Part shown: positions 52,773 to 64,000 of the stretch, one piece after another
How the letters are laid out: every line of letters begins with the position of its first letter
Position numbering within the stretch: position 1 is the first letter of the stretch
Source: Eledone cirrhosa
Taxonomy: Eukaryota
Reading direction: 5' to 3'
Assembly (NCBI GenBank): GCA_964016885.1
Contig: OZ024740.1
Location: 333,932,001 to 333,996,000, forward strand
Length of the DNA stretch: 64,000 bases
Translations under genes and position numbers: made by a program
Notes under the pieces: model-generated
Told to the model about the DNA's origin: nothing
The model's database searches: none
What the model saw: only the letters and a program-made list of their open reading frames with translations

Positions 52773-54109
52773 CAATAATAATAATAATAATAATAGTAGT
52801 AATAAACGAAAGATATATACTTTATGTCATCTCTATATATTTCATGATATATATTTCGAAGATGCAAAGTTTTATGTATATCATAAAGCAAGACATGTTC
52901 TCAGACACAATACTTAGAAGAATGTATAATGTTTTCTTGATATGCTGCAAGAAAAAAGAACTGGACAGATCAGTGACCACCAGGCATATGACTAGAAAAC
53001 CATCAGCACATAAGTGAGTTATTTGATTGTCGGAAAACATTACAGTTTGTTTAAAAATTGCATAACTTATTTAAAATATAGCTTAATTAGATTGGTCAGA
53101 AAAAAAACAAAATGAAATTGACCGTTATTCATTCTTAATTTCACTTATAATTATTGTAGATAGGTATTAAATCAAAATGATATACTGTATCAAGGAAAAA
53201 TATTCCGGTAAGACAGGAATAATATTATGGAGATATAATAATAAAGGGGAAAGAATTTGGGTTATAGAATTTGCAGGATAGCTATCACATATTGTTTATC
53301 TGTTGAAATTATTGAATAGAAAATTATTTAATAGCTGATATGGGTCTTTTTATATTTTATTTTTATTTTTTTAATATATAGTTAAGTATATTGTTTATTT
53401 TTTTATATATAGTTAAGTATATTATTTATTTTAGAAGAGAGATAATTATCAATACATCAATGTTACTTAAATAGGTGATATTAAAACTTTGTGTGATTAT
53501 ATAGAAAGAAAGAAAATGTATATATTAGAGCCGAATATATCAATTTCTATTAAAATTAATTCATTTAGATGCAACCTAAATTTAAAGTAGATGGGAAATT
53601 ATACTGAAGGAACATTACAAGAGAGAAAAAAATAATCGGAGAGAATAACGGAGAAAAATAACGGAGGAAGAAATTAGCTAACTTATTTAGTCATATAGTT
53701 TAGATTTTTTTAAAGAGAATAGAAATCCTTTAAAAATTATATATAAAGAAATAATGCCTCTTATTATTCTATTGTTTTTTCTTTCATATATAACGTTTAA
53801 TCAAAAATGTTTAATTTATTCAAGAATAAGTAGAGGTGAGAATTAAAACGATATACAAAGGAATGTCTAATAATTTTGTAAACTATTTTAAAACATATCT
53901 AAAATCTCTATGGAACGGTGGAGGCCCACATTAAATATCCCAGATTTTTTATTAATAATTAATTTTCTATTTTTAAGAATATAAAAAAATCAATGGTAAA
54001 TAAGTTACAACCTTCAGAATAATTTATATAAGGTAAAGCGTTGGAGGGTGTTTGCCAAGAAAGAGAATATTTTATATTTTTATTTTTAAGTGACTAAATT
54101 AATTCAGAT

Positions 54110-54567
54110 AAAGCAGTACTAGGTCTCTCTTAAACGTGTGGCTGTGATAATAACACCCTTCCTTAAATTTAGAGGAAGTAATACCTATACAATAATAATA
54201 CTTACCTTTTGTCTTGACAATGCATTTGTAAACTAGATTTCAGTCAAGACAGTTATTATTTAATGGGCAACAGTAAATATGTTTTACAATTGCAATTACC
54301 TCCGTTGTTATTTGATGATGCAACTTTAATTTCATATTTTTAGTTGTTGGTATAATTGTTGTTAATCGGGGAGTTGATTATAATATTAGTGATTGGATGA
54401 TTATCGTTAGGGGTGAATTAAATATGAACAGTTCCGAGATTTCTACTATTAATTTTACGTATATTTTGGGCAATATTCATAGTGGTTGTGTATGAGAGTA
54501 TAATTGTTTTTCTATTAAAAGTTCTACTATATTTATGCGTCTTGAGGAAGCATTTATCAAACCATTG
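54110..54567 (-). pseudogene. Decayed Naiad-type Penelope-like GIY-YIG fragment
   Basis: DKCFLKTHKYSRTFNRKTIILSYTTTMNIAQNI...GNCNCK..CPLNNNCLD*NLVYKC...CIGITSSKFKEG.YYH.HTF (manual translation, with frameshifts). Confidence 0.7.
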
Positions 54568-54698
54568 AATATATATATATATATATATATAGATAGATAT
54601 AGATATATAGATATAGATATATAGATATATAGATAGATAGATAGATAGGCTTGTTTGCATAATTGCAGACGAATCAAATGTTATTATTAATATTCGAA

Positions 54699-54790
54699 TT
54701 TGCCTTTCATCCTTACGGGGTCGATAAAATAAAGTACCAGTAATGCACTGGTAATTGCTGGCCTTGTGCCTAAAGTAGAAACAATTATTA
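54699..54790 (+). mobile_element. SINE 3' half with apparent target-site duplication (ttattaatattcgaa)
   Basis: SINE core and tail; the same 15-mer occurs on both sides. Confidence 0.8.
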
Positions 54791-54837
54791 ATATTCGAAA
54801 AACTCAGATTAGATTTATTGTATTCAACCATGTATGT

Positions 54838-54955
<118 letters not shown>

Positions 54956-55050
54956 CAGATTACATTTATTGTATACATACTCAGATTACATTTATTGTAT
55001 TCAGCCATGTATGTTCTTTTTTTTATATATATATATATATATATAGCATG

Positions 55051-55140
<90 letters not shown>

Positions 55141-55143
<3 letters not shown>

Positions 55144-55601
55144 ATATATTTAGAAACACACAGATACATGCGGGGACACACATATACATGAATGCATCCG
55201 CACCCAACCGTGAGTTAAGGGTGCCAACTTCACCGATGTTGCTCAATGAATGACTGGGACAGACCAATCCGGTTGAACTAGACTGAACCAGTATCAGAGT
55301 TAAAAATACATTATGAAGAGAGAAGAAACATTTAGATATAATTAGTAATAAAATGTATCATACCTAAACTGCTCCTAAATTCCTCGACTACGTAGTTTCG
55401 TGGCATAAACAAAAACAATACATCATAAAGATATAGAGTCCCTGCGAGGTCTGCCGACTTATCAAGAGGATACCTCATTTTACTAGTCTCAAGAACGCGT
55501 CTACACGACGTGAGAAAGAATCCCAAAAGGCGGAGGGGGAGACAGTCACGTGATATAACGGTCGAGAAACAGAGCTAAGCCTCTTATAACCCCGAAGAAA
55601 A
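55141..55601 (-). mobile_element. Permuted partial copy of the 591-bp hammerhead repeat (ribozyme 55381-55470)
   Basis: Corresponds to ~61688-62148, so it spans the monomer junction; flanked by (TA)n on both sides. Confidence 0.9.
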
Positions 55602-55999
55602 TATATATATAAGCACTGGAATTAAACGGTCAATTGATTTGATTTAATTAAATAAATTTAAGCATATTAGATTACCATTGTACCAGGTTGGAATATAGTA
55701 AGCGATACTGTGGATGCGCCGAGTATATCTTACAGCTTGATATGTATAATTACATCTATACCTATATGACTTGAAGAATTTAAGTCATTCGTTACACCAC
55801 GTGGTATGCTGGGAAACTTAGGATTGCATGGATCACAGCCCCACAGCTATGATGTGGAGGTATTGATCACGGCATGAGACTGGAGCAGATGATATCTTAA
55901 TCGCAAGGGATAACACGGACGAGTGGAACACGTAGATACATGTATGTATGCATATATATAGAAATCACATGAATCAAAGTTCTGTTCAAACCATTTATT

Positions 56000-56045
56000 A
56001 GCTTACAATTCGTTCGTCCAAGCCGAGGGTTGGAGTCTTCGGAGC
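56000..56045 (-). ncRNA. Degenerate minimal hammerhead-like motif
   Basis: gct CCGAAGA ctccaa-ccctcggc-ttggac GAAC gaattg UA agc; correct topology with several core changes. Confidence 0.45.
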
Positions 56046-56255
56046 AATTTTTCAATGATTGTTTACATACATGGCCTCCTTTCCAACACAAGAGGCATAC
56101 AGAAACATATGTATATATCGATGCAATAGGTAGTAATAAGGTAGTAATAAATTACTGTCTTTCACTGTTTAGGGTTTAAAATATATATAACTATAAAATG
56201 TTTTAGTATATACATAACCATAAATAGTATTCTTAATACTATGTATATATATATA

Positions 56256-56286
<31 letters not shown>

Positions 56287-57088
56287 GTCTGTCTGTGTGT
56301 ATGTGTGTGTGTGTGTGCGTGTCTGGGCGGGTTTATGTAGACTAACACACAAACACACACACACACGCAAACATTGTTCTACTGATATATATGATGATTG
56401 CTTTCACCTGCTTCCACTACATTTTGCTTCAGCGACCTGTATGTTCTGTGAACCACACAGATAAATTGCATTTGAACGCCACCTATAACACTTGTTGCCA
56501 AACTGTGATGGATACTTGGAGTTCCACTAGATGATCGCTTTATCTGGCTCCCGCTATATCTGACTCTGCTTCCATTCACTTTGGTTGATACCATTCTTAA
56601 ACTGTCACCTCTGGAATCCTCTACTGTCTACAACCATATTTACTTGCATTTATTTGCATTGCTTATATAATGTGTTATCTTTTATGTTTCATTTTTATTT
56701 TTATTTTTATCACCTCCTATTTTTTATTCTAATGTTTATTTTTATTTTATTTTTATTATTTGTTATTATTTTTTTATATTTCCTTATATTATCTTCACTT
56801 TATTGTTATCTTTATATTATCCTTACTTCTAGACTCCACCCTTTACGCTTTATCTCTTATATTTAATTTCCTTATCTTTTCTTTTTCCTTATCTTTAATT
56901 ATTTGTCCTTATATTTCCTTATTTGTCCTTATCTTTAATTATTGTAACTGATGTTGGTCTTAATATGAATCGGCGGTGACGCGTCTTCCAAGCACCCCGT
57001 TCGTCTTAGTCCTCTGTGCTACACATGGATCGTTCTTGTGATATAGCTCGGTAGAGTTTATACTATTGATCTAATTCCTCTTTAAAAC

Positions 57089-57133
57089 GCTCTGATGAAT
57101 CCTGCAATTATGCAAGGACGAAACACTGTCAGC
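57089..57133 (+). ncRNA. Minimal type I hammerhead ribozyme
   Basis: gct CUGAUGA atcctgca-atta-tgcaaggac GAAA cactg UC agc, followed by aataaa and (TA)n ~50 nt downstream. Confidence 0.75.
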
Positions 57134-57212
57134 AAATAAAGATTAAGTGATGATGTAAGCGCTCTTTGTTTTTGTTCCATACATATATATATATATGTAT
57201 ATATAAAAGAAA

Positions 57213-57248
<36 letters not shown>

Positions 57249-57757
57249 GTATTTGGATGCGTGTATGTATTTATTTAATTTCAATTACCTCTGTATTGTA
57301 TTTTATTTACTTTATTCTTAACTCTGAAGCGGAGAATCATTCGTTTTCCTAGTTAGAATTTTAGTCTACAACTTCAGCTATACCATTCACGTGGTTTTGT
57401 TTTTGCGTGCAATTGTCTCCACTTCGTATTTTTTTCGTTCATTGCCAGAGAACGTCTCTATGAACCACCTAAGAGAACATTAGTCTACGACTTCTTTTAT
57501 ACCATAAACGTGATTCTGTCTTTGCGTGTAATTGTTTATCACCGCTCCTATTAATGACGTATTATATTCGTTTTTTCCCGTTCTTTGCCAGGGAACGTTT
57601 CCACGAACCAAAGTATCGTCTTCCTATCTTCCTCCGGTTGCAACGTTTTTTGAAATATCCACTTCTGCGTTTACAGATTGACTTTGTTAGTTTCAGAAGA
57701 TCTAATTAAGGATATGTATTTATCCTTAACGAGCCCTCTTTGGATTTTAGTCTTAAA

Positions 57758-57812
<55 letters not shown>

Positions 57813-57813
<1 letters not shown>

Positions 57814-57990
57814 GGGTCGGACGCCATGCTTTCCAGCATAGTTACGTCCCTTTACGATCTGAGTTCAAATCCCGCCGAGGTTGACTTTGCCTTTCATCCT
57901 TACGGGGTCGATAAAATAAAGTACCAGTAATGAACTGGGTAATTGCTGGCCTTGTGCCTAAAGTAGAAACAATTATTATTATTATTATTA
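57813..57990 (+). mobile_element. SINE (slightly 5'-truncated) embedded in (ATT)n
   Basis: Matches the consensus; its (ATT)n tail is also the tail of the adjacent Dong derivative. Confidence 0.85.
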
Positions 57991-59910
57991 CAGTTGCATT
58001 TATCTTGCTTTATGTTCATACGAGTTATCACCAAGTTACAACCAGTGACCTCAAGAGACAACAAGGTCCGCCATGTTCAAGAAAGAACATACATACTCAC
58101 ACATGCATCTTTAGTGTTTAGACTTGTGATGTACTTATATTGACAGAATCTTCCTTGGTATATGGGCAGTTCCCATTAGTACTATCTTTTGTATTTCTCC
58201 TATACGCGGGTTTCCTGGGATTTGCGATAAGTAATCATTAGACCCCATAGGTATCATTCCCAGAGCGCCTACAACCACTGGTATTGTTTTAGTTCTCAAT
58301 TTCCACATTTTTCCAATTTCTATCTCCAGGTCTTTATACTTGCTCAATTTTTCAAATGTTTTTATAGATACATTCTTGTCTATTGGAACGGACATATCAA
58401 TTAGCAGGCATTGGAGTTATGGATCTTAGGGAGGGTGTCTCGTTGCCCTATGTCAGATTCTTTCATTTTCATCCATTCGATCATAATTTCATCCTACAAG
58501 TTGGCAAGTTCATTCTCATTCATTTCTTTATCATTTACGATCTCATTATTTTCATTTGGAGTTTCATCTTGAGCATGCACTCCCTCCACTTTTCCGATCC
58601 TTTCTTTAATTTGTTCTGTTGCCAGTGATTCCGCCCCAACCCTGGGATTCGAAGTGTTACAATTTACCTCGTTTTCTCTGACACATGTTTCATTTTCCTT
58701 TCGCTGACTTTGTGCTAACAGCTTGATCTGATCAATTTCTATATCAGTTAGTAACTTTTTTTTTACAATATTTCTTCGTATATTGGTTAGTTTCTTACTG
58801 TCAATATAGCCTCTGTTTTCGATTTGTTTCTTTTTCCAGTTGATATATGTCTGTTCTGTATTCAATGTATTTGATGGGTAGTACATGGCAGTGTAGAAAG
58901 CCTCAAGGACTTCTTTATTATCTTCCCTTGACCATTTTTCTCTCTTTTTCTTTGAATTTCTTGGTGGTAAGCATGGAGGGCCAACAGTAGGAGTATTCCG
59001 TTTATGGGAGGTCTCCAGCTCCGAAGTAATGGGAATGTTTGAACCATTAGCTGATTTTTCGACCCCAGTCTGGTTCCTCTCTGAGGGACGAGGCCCTTTT
59101 TTACCCGGGTGACGGCCGATCCGGTATGAGATTTTATCATTAGACATTTACTTTATTTTGTCGCGTTTTATCCTTATCCGCCAAGGGGTAATCATTTCGT
59201 GTTACCACTTCTAGAACGAGTGTCAACCAAGACTAGAGGGGTCGTTCTCCCCTAGAGACACGGCTATTCCCCGCCGGCCGCCATCCCGGTATTTCTTGGT
59301 CACGGGGTTTTCTTTTTTGTTTTTTTTTTAAATTGTTATTATCATGAGTGGTTCCTTAATGTGAGCATTGCGTGGCTTAAGAATGAAATTATTAATAATT
59401 GTCTCCACTCCAGGCACAAGGCCAGCAATTACCCAGTGCATTACAATAATATAATATACTTTTTGCTGTAGTTGCCTGTTATTGTTGTTGGCTATGTCGG
59501 TGGTGGTGCTGGAGCTTTTTATATTGTTGGTGAGGAAGGGGGGGGGGTGAGCCAGCAGTGCCATAGCTGTTGACGTTTGGCCGGTGGCCGGGTCACTAAG
59601 TCAATCTATGTATATCTTTTGCTAGCCTCTCCCTTGTCTTGTGATACCGCCACATTCCGCCTTTCTTAAGTTAACAGGGGAATAGTGGTGGTAGCAATGA
59701 AGGAGTGGTGACGGCGGTGATGGGATAGTGGTAGCAATGATGGATGGAGTGGTGGCGGCGGTGGCGTTGTCGTTACTGTGTTTTGTTGAATGGACTAGTT
59801 TTTTTTATATGTAGTATCTATGCGTTTGTGTCGCGTATGTTTAATATATGTGTTGAATAGACTAGTTTTGTTTGATCTGTAGTATCTATGCGTTTGTGTC
59901 GCGTATGTTT
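57991..59910 (-). mobile_element. Internally deleted copy of the first R4/Dong element
   Basis: 5' region and N-terminal ORF (59147-58494) joined at ~58410 directly to the RLE end and 3' UTR; about 2.6 kb (35306-37940 equivalent, all of the RT) is missing. Confidence 0.9.
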
Positions 59911-59937
59911 AATTATTATTATTATTATTATTATTAA

Positions 59938-59974
<37 letters not shown>

Positions 59975-59998
59975 ATTATTATTATTATTATTATTATT

Positions 59999-61200
59999 GG
60001 CGACCTACGTAGGAAATCGTATTATCGTGAGCTCCGCAAAGGTTTGTTGTTTTCAGTTGTTTTAAATTGCCATTTATGGAACATTTTTGTTGTTAAGTGT
60101 TTATAAGTTCGCATATATTGCTTTCGGAAAAGGACATTCAAAAAGATTGGGACCTTGAGCCCCAAAATTTAACTTTTATAATTATCAAACAACAAATTTG
60201 AAAAGAACATGGACGAGTCACATCCACACCAAGCTGACAGCCTTCCTCACAAACTAACACCTCACACCAACACCACCATTGGAAATATTACTACGTTTGC
60301 CAACATTAATAATATAAGCAGTAGCAATAATTTAAATTTGTCTAATCTAGACATTCATTTCCCGCCATTACCAATAACTGAGGCGTTAAAGCCTCCAGCC
60401 CCTCCACCACCAAAGCGACAACAGAAACAAAAGTAAAAAATAAATTATTATCTAGTGACATCGAAATGGATTCACCCAGAACACGACTGACCGCACCACC
60501 ACCACAGCTGAAACTAAAACTAACAATAACAACAACAACAACAACAACAACAATGAGAATAACAACAAAAACATTAACACCACCGCAAATGTGTCATTTG
60601 GCAAAGCAGCCAAGAAATGCGAAACAATCGAGGTAACACAGGAGGAATTAAATGAAGCCAAGAGAATGGTAAAGAAAGATGGGTACAGGGTCAGCCCCAC
60701 CCCTCCAATAAAATGGAGCATCGGCGCCTATGCACCGTGTCTTATCGGGCTATTAACACAAAATCGCGCCGAGTGGAACGGGCATCCGAGTACCAAATCC
60801 AAAAAGCTTTGGAACATGTGTGGGCGGAAATATGGGACCGTTGACGTGTTCTTTGGAACACCACAGGAGGCCAGAGAGCACTCCATGGCCCCATTAAAAA
60901 GCGACGACTTCACATCCGTCCCAAGCTACTGTGGCCAGAGACTCGTGAAGATCAGGGTGACCCACGTTCCGACGGCCATCGAAATTCCCTGGCTAATATC
61001 TGCCGTCCTCGCCGGCATGGAGGCCAACACCAAAATAATTGAAATATCAAAAGAAAAGCAGGAGAACTGGTCCGGATCTGCGATGGAGCTCCTGATCCAA
61101 GCGGACCAAAAAATCATTGAGGAAATCCCAGAGGTAATTGTCCTGTACTGTCCTTAATGTTTACTTTATGTAAACCCTTGTGGTTAATAAAGAAAGCATC
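59999..61200 (+). mobile_element. Non-autonomous Tx1-related element: divergent partial ORF1 fused to the Tx1 3' tail
   Basis: 60591-61157 aligns to ORF1 (SFGKAAK..EELNEAKRMV..KYGTVDVFFGTPQEA..VPSYCGQRLVKIRVTHVP..IPEVI). 61137-61200 is nearly identical to the 3' end of the Tx1-like LINEs. Flanked by (ATT)n. Confidence 0.8.
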
Positions 61201-61221
61201 ATTATTATTATTATTGTTATT

Positions 61222-61265
<44 letters not shown>

Positions 61266-61268
<3 letters not shown>

Positions 61269-62215
61269 TATGAAGAGAGAAGAAACATTTAGATATAATT
61301 AGTAATAAAATGTATCATACCTAAACTGTTCCTAAATTCCTCGACTACGTAGTTTCGTGGCATAAAGAAAAACAATATATCAAAGATATAGAGTCCTTGC
61401 GAGGTCTACCGACTTATCAAGAGGATACCTCATTTTACTAGTCTCAAGAACGCGTCTACACGACGTGAGAAAGAATCCCAAAAGGCGGAGGGGGAGATAG
61501 TCACGCGATATAACGGTCGAGAAACAGAGCTAAGCCTCTTATAACCACGAAGAAAATACCACGGAGGCGGAGGGGGTATTCATATCGAGGCCGTAGAAGA
61601 GGTAGTGAAGAAGGCGAGATGTATGAGTAATGGAAGCTTTCCAGTTGTCCCCACACTTCAAAGATTGCTCGACCAGAGGGAGTTATTAATATATTTAGAA
61701 ACACACAGATACATGCCGACACACACATATATACATGAATGCATCCGCACCCAACTGTGAGTTAAGGGTGCCAACTTCACCGATGTTGCTCAATGAATGA
61801 CTGGGACAGACCAATTCAGTTTGAACCAGACTGAACCAGTATCAGAGTTAAAAATACATTATGAAGAGAGAAGAAACATTTAGATATAATTAGTAATAAA
61901 ATGTATCATACCTAAACTGTTCCTAAATTCCTCGACTACGTAGTTTCGTGGCATAAACAAAAACAATATATCAAAGATATAGAGTCCTTGCGAGGTCTGC
62001 CGACTTATCAAGAGGATACCTCATTTTACTAGTCTCAAGAACGCGTCTACACGACGTGAGAAAGAATCCCAAAAGGCGGAGGGGGAGATAGTCACGCGAT
62101 ATAACGGTCGAGAAACAGAGCTAAGCCTCTTATAACCACGAAGAAAATACCACGGATGCGGAGGGTGTATTCATATCGAGGCCGTAGAAGAGGTAGTGAA
62201 GAAGGCGAGAAGTAT
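61266..62215 (-). mobile_element. Tandem 591-bp non-coding repeat (1.6 units) with two hammerheads: retrozyme-like element
   Basis: cattatgaagagagaag at 61266 and 61857; hammerheads at 61338-61425 and 61929-62016, exactly 591 bp apart; no meaningful ORF. Confidence 0.85.
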
Positions 62216-62326
62216 GCACACGCATAAAAATGAGTAAGTAAAAAAAGGGGGGAGAAGAAAAAAAGGAGGAACAAAACATAAAACCTAGATGTAAAAACAT
62301 GGATATAAAGACACATACACATACAT

Positions 62327-62406
<80 letters not shown>

Positions 62407-62887
62407 GCACGCGCGCGCACATACGTAGTCGCTCATGTACATATATAGAAAGTATACACACATTAAGGCGTTCAGCCACATTGATACAGGGTGTAAAAAA
62501 CTTGTGGATAAGTAAATACAAATATAAAATTGTAAGATTGGCTGCGCAAAAATAAAAAAAAATTTTTATTTTACTTCACATCCACCAATAACCCCCCCCC
62601 CCCCCACTTTATTCTCCGATTCACTTACCTAATATTTTCACTTTACATTTTCTACTTCCCTATTTCCTTCACTAACTGATTAAACTGTCATTTGTGTTTT
62701 CCACACCAGATATATTATTTATTTTTATTTTTATTTTTTTATTTTTGCGCAGCCAATCTTACAATTTTATATTTGTATTTACTTATCCACAAGTTTTTTA
62801 CACCCTGTATCAATGTGGCTGAACGCCTTAATGTGTGTATACTTTCTATATATGTACATGAGCGACTACGTATGTGCGCGCGCGTGC

Positions 62888-62949
<62 letters not shown>

Positions 62950-63064
62950 TTATGTATGTGTATGTGTCTTTATATCCATGTTTTTACATCTAGGTTTTAT
63001 GTTTTGTTCCTCCTTTTTTTCTTCTCCCCCCTTTTTTTACTTACTCATTTTTATGCGTGTGCAT
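62213..63064. repeat. ~340-bp inverted duplication (62213-62560 vs ~62730-63064)
   Basis: atgcacacgcataaaaatgagtaag...gctgcgcaaaaataaaaaaa and its reverse complement; identical ORF-track peptides appear on opposite strands. Confidence 0.9.
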
Positions 63065-63090
63065 GCAAACAGGTCAATATGCGTGATTGT

Positions 63091-63125
<35 letters not shown>

Positions 63126-63634
63126 CGTATCGAACGTATGGATGTGTAAGTGTGCGTGTGTATATAAGCATGTATATTTTTGCGTTTCTTTTGTGAGATA
63201 TACGTGTGTGTGTATGTATGTACCTTTTTTGTCTTTTCTTTAATTTTTTCTTTCTAAATTATTGTTCCATTTTTATAAATATATCGAGATTGATACTTTC
63301 CTTTAATTATTACACTCCCTTACCTCTTTTACTTCCGCATCTAAGTGTACGTGTGTGTAGGTGTGCTTATGCGCGTGCCTTCATATTCTTATGATGTATC
63401 TATTCTGTCTGTAGATTACAGACATACAGATACATTTGCCCTAAATTATATATTTACGCACACTTTTCATTATACGTATACATATGTGCATACACATATA
63501 TGCACATCTGTGAGCGTATATATATACATATACACACACCTAACTATATTTCATATTCTAATTCATTTGTCTATATCTCTTTTGTATTTTTGCTTTTCTT
63601 GATGAGACTTTCCATGTATTTACCCATGTTTTAT

Positions 63635-63712
63635 ATTGCCTCGTCTGACGAACGAATGAAGACGCTTCTTTCGTATTCGCCTCATTCGGGAAACCTCTGG
63701 TAACGAGGTAAT
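63635..63712 (+). ncRNA. Type I hammerhead ribozyme
   Basis: attgcctcgt CUGACGA acgaatga...tcattcgg GAAA cc-tct-gg UA acgaggtaat; 10-bp stem I; (TA)n ~25 nt downstream. Confidence 0.8.
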
Positions 63713-63734
63713 TATACTGTATTGATTTTTATAC

Positions 63735-63784
<50 letters not shown>

Positions 63785-63967
63785 AATAATATTAATAATA
63801 TTAATAAACCGAAAATATCTTTATAATAACATATTTCCCATCTATTAATATTATTAATATTCTAATACTAGAGATAAATGCTGCTGTAGTGTACTTCATA
63901 ACTATTATAAACTTAACTCCGTTGAATATTCATCAACAAAGCATATAACTCATTGTTTATATATATA

Positions 63968-63999
<32 letters not shown>

Positions 64000-64000
64000 T

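Noticed and set aside
54225-54250. In-frame TGA in the Naiad-like fragment as selenocysteine
   Set aside because: It is not at a conserved Cys position, the fragment has other disablements, and no SECIS was recognised.

Overview
AT-rich, microsatellite-dense eukaryotic DNA. The repeat families resemble those of Octopus genomes (inference from recalled SINE sequence, not a search). No host protein-coding gene can be supported, and the window is almost all transposon-derived. It contains: (1) a Pif1-bearing Helitron remnant (3540-5566) and a non-autonomous Helitron (29292-29916); (2) about a dozen copies or fragments of a ~190-bp tRNA-type SINE with an (ATT)n tail; (3) a 19-kb pile-up at 33.9-52.8 kb of R4/Dong-type RLE LINEs (+) and L1/Tx1-type APE LINEs (-), separated by (TAA)n tracts, one Tx1-like copy having an intact 1139-aa ORF2; (4) a mirror mini-cluster of internally deleted derivatives at 57.8-61.2 kb; (5) three Penelope-like (Naiad-type) GIY-YIG fragments; (6) several hairpin inserts in (TA)n; (7) about 11 type-I hammerhead ribozyme motifs from about 7 sequence families. 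The top candidate system is a non-coding 591-bp tandem unit (61266-62215) bounded by hammerheads that carry the compensatory U3-A8 core pair, with differently permuted copies at 6.3 kb and 55.1 kb. This fits a retrozyme-like circular-RNA retroelement. All folds and alignments were done by eye.
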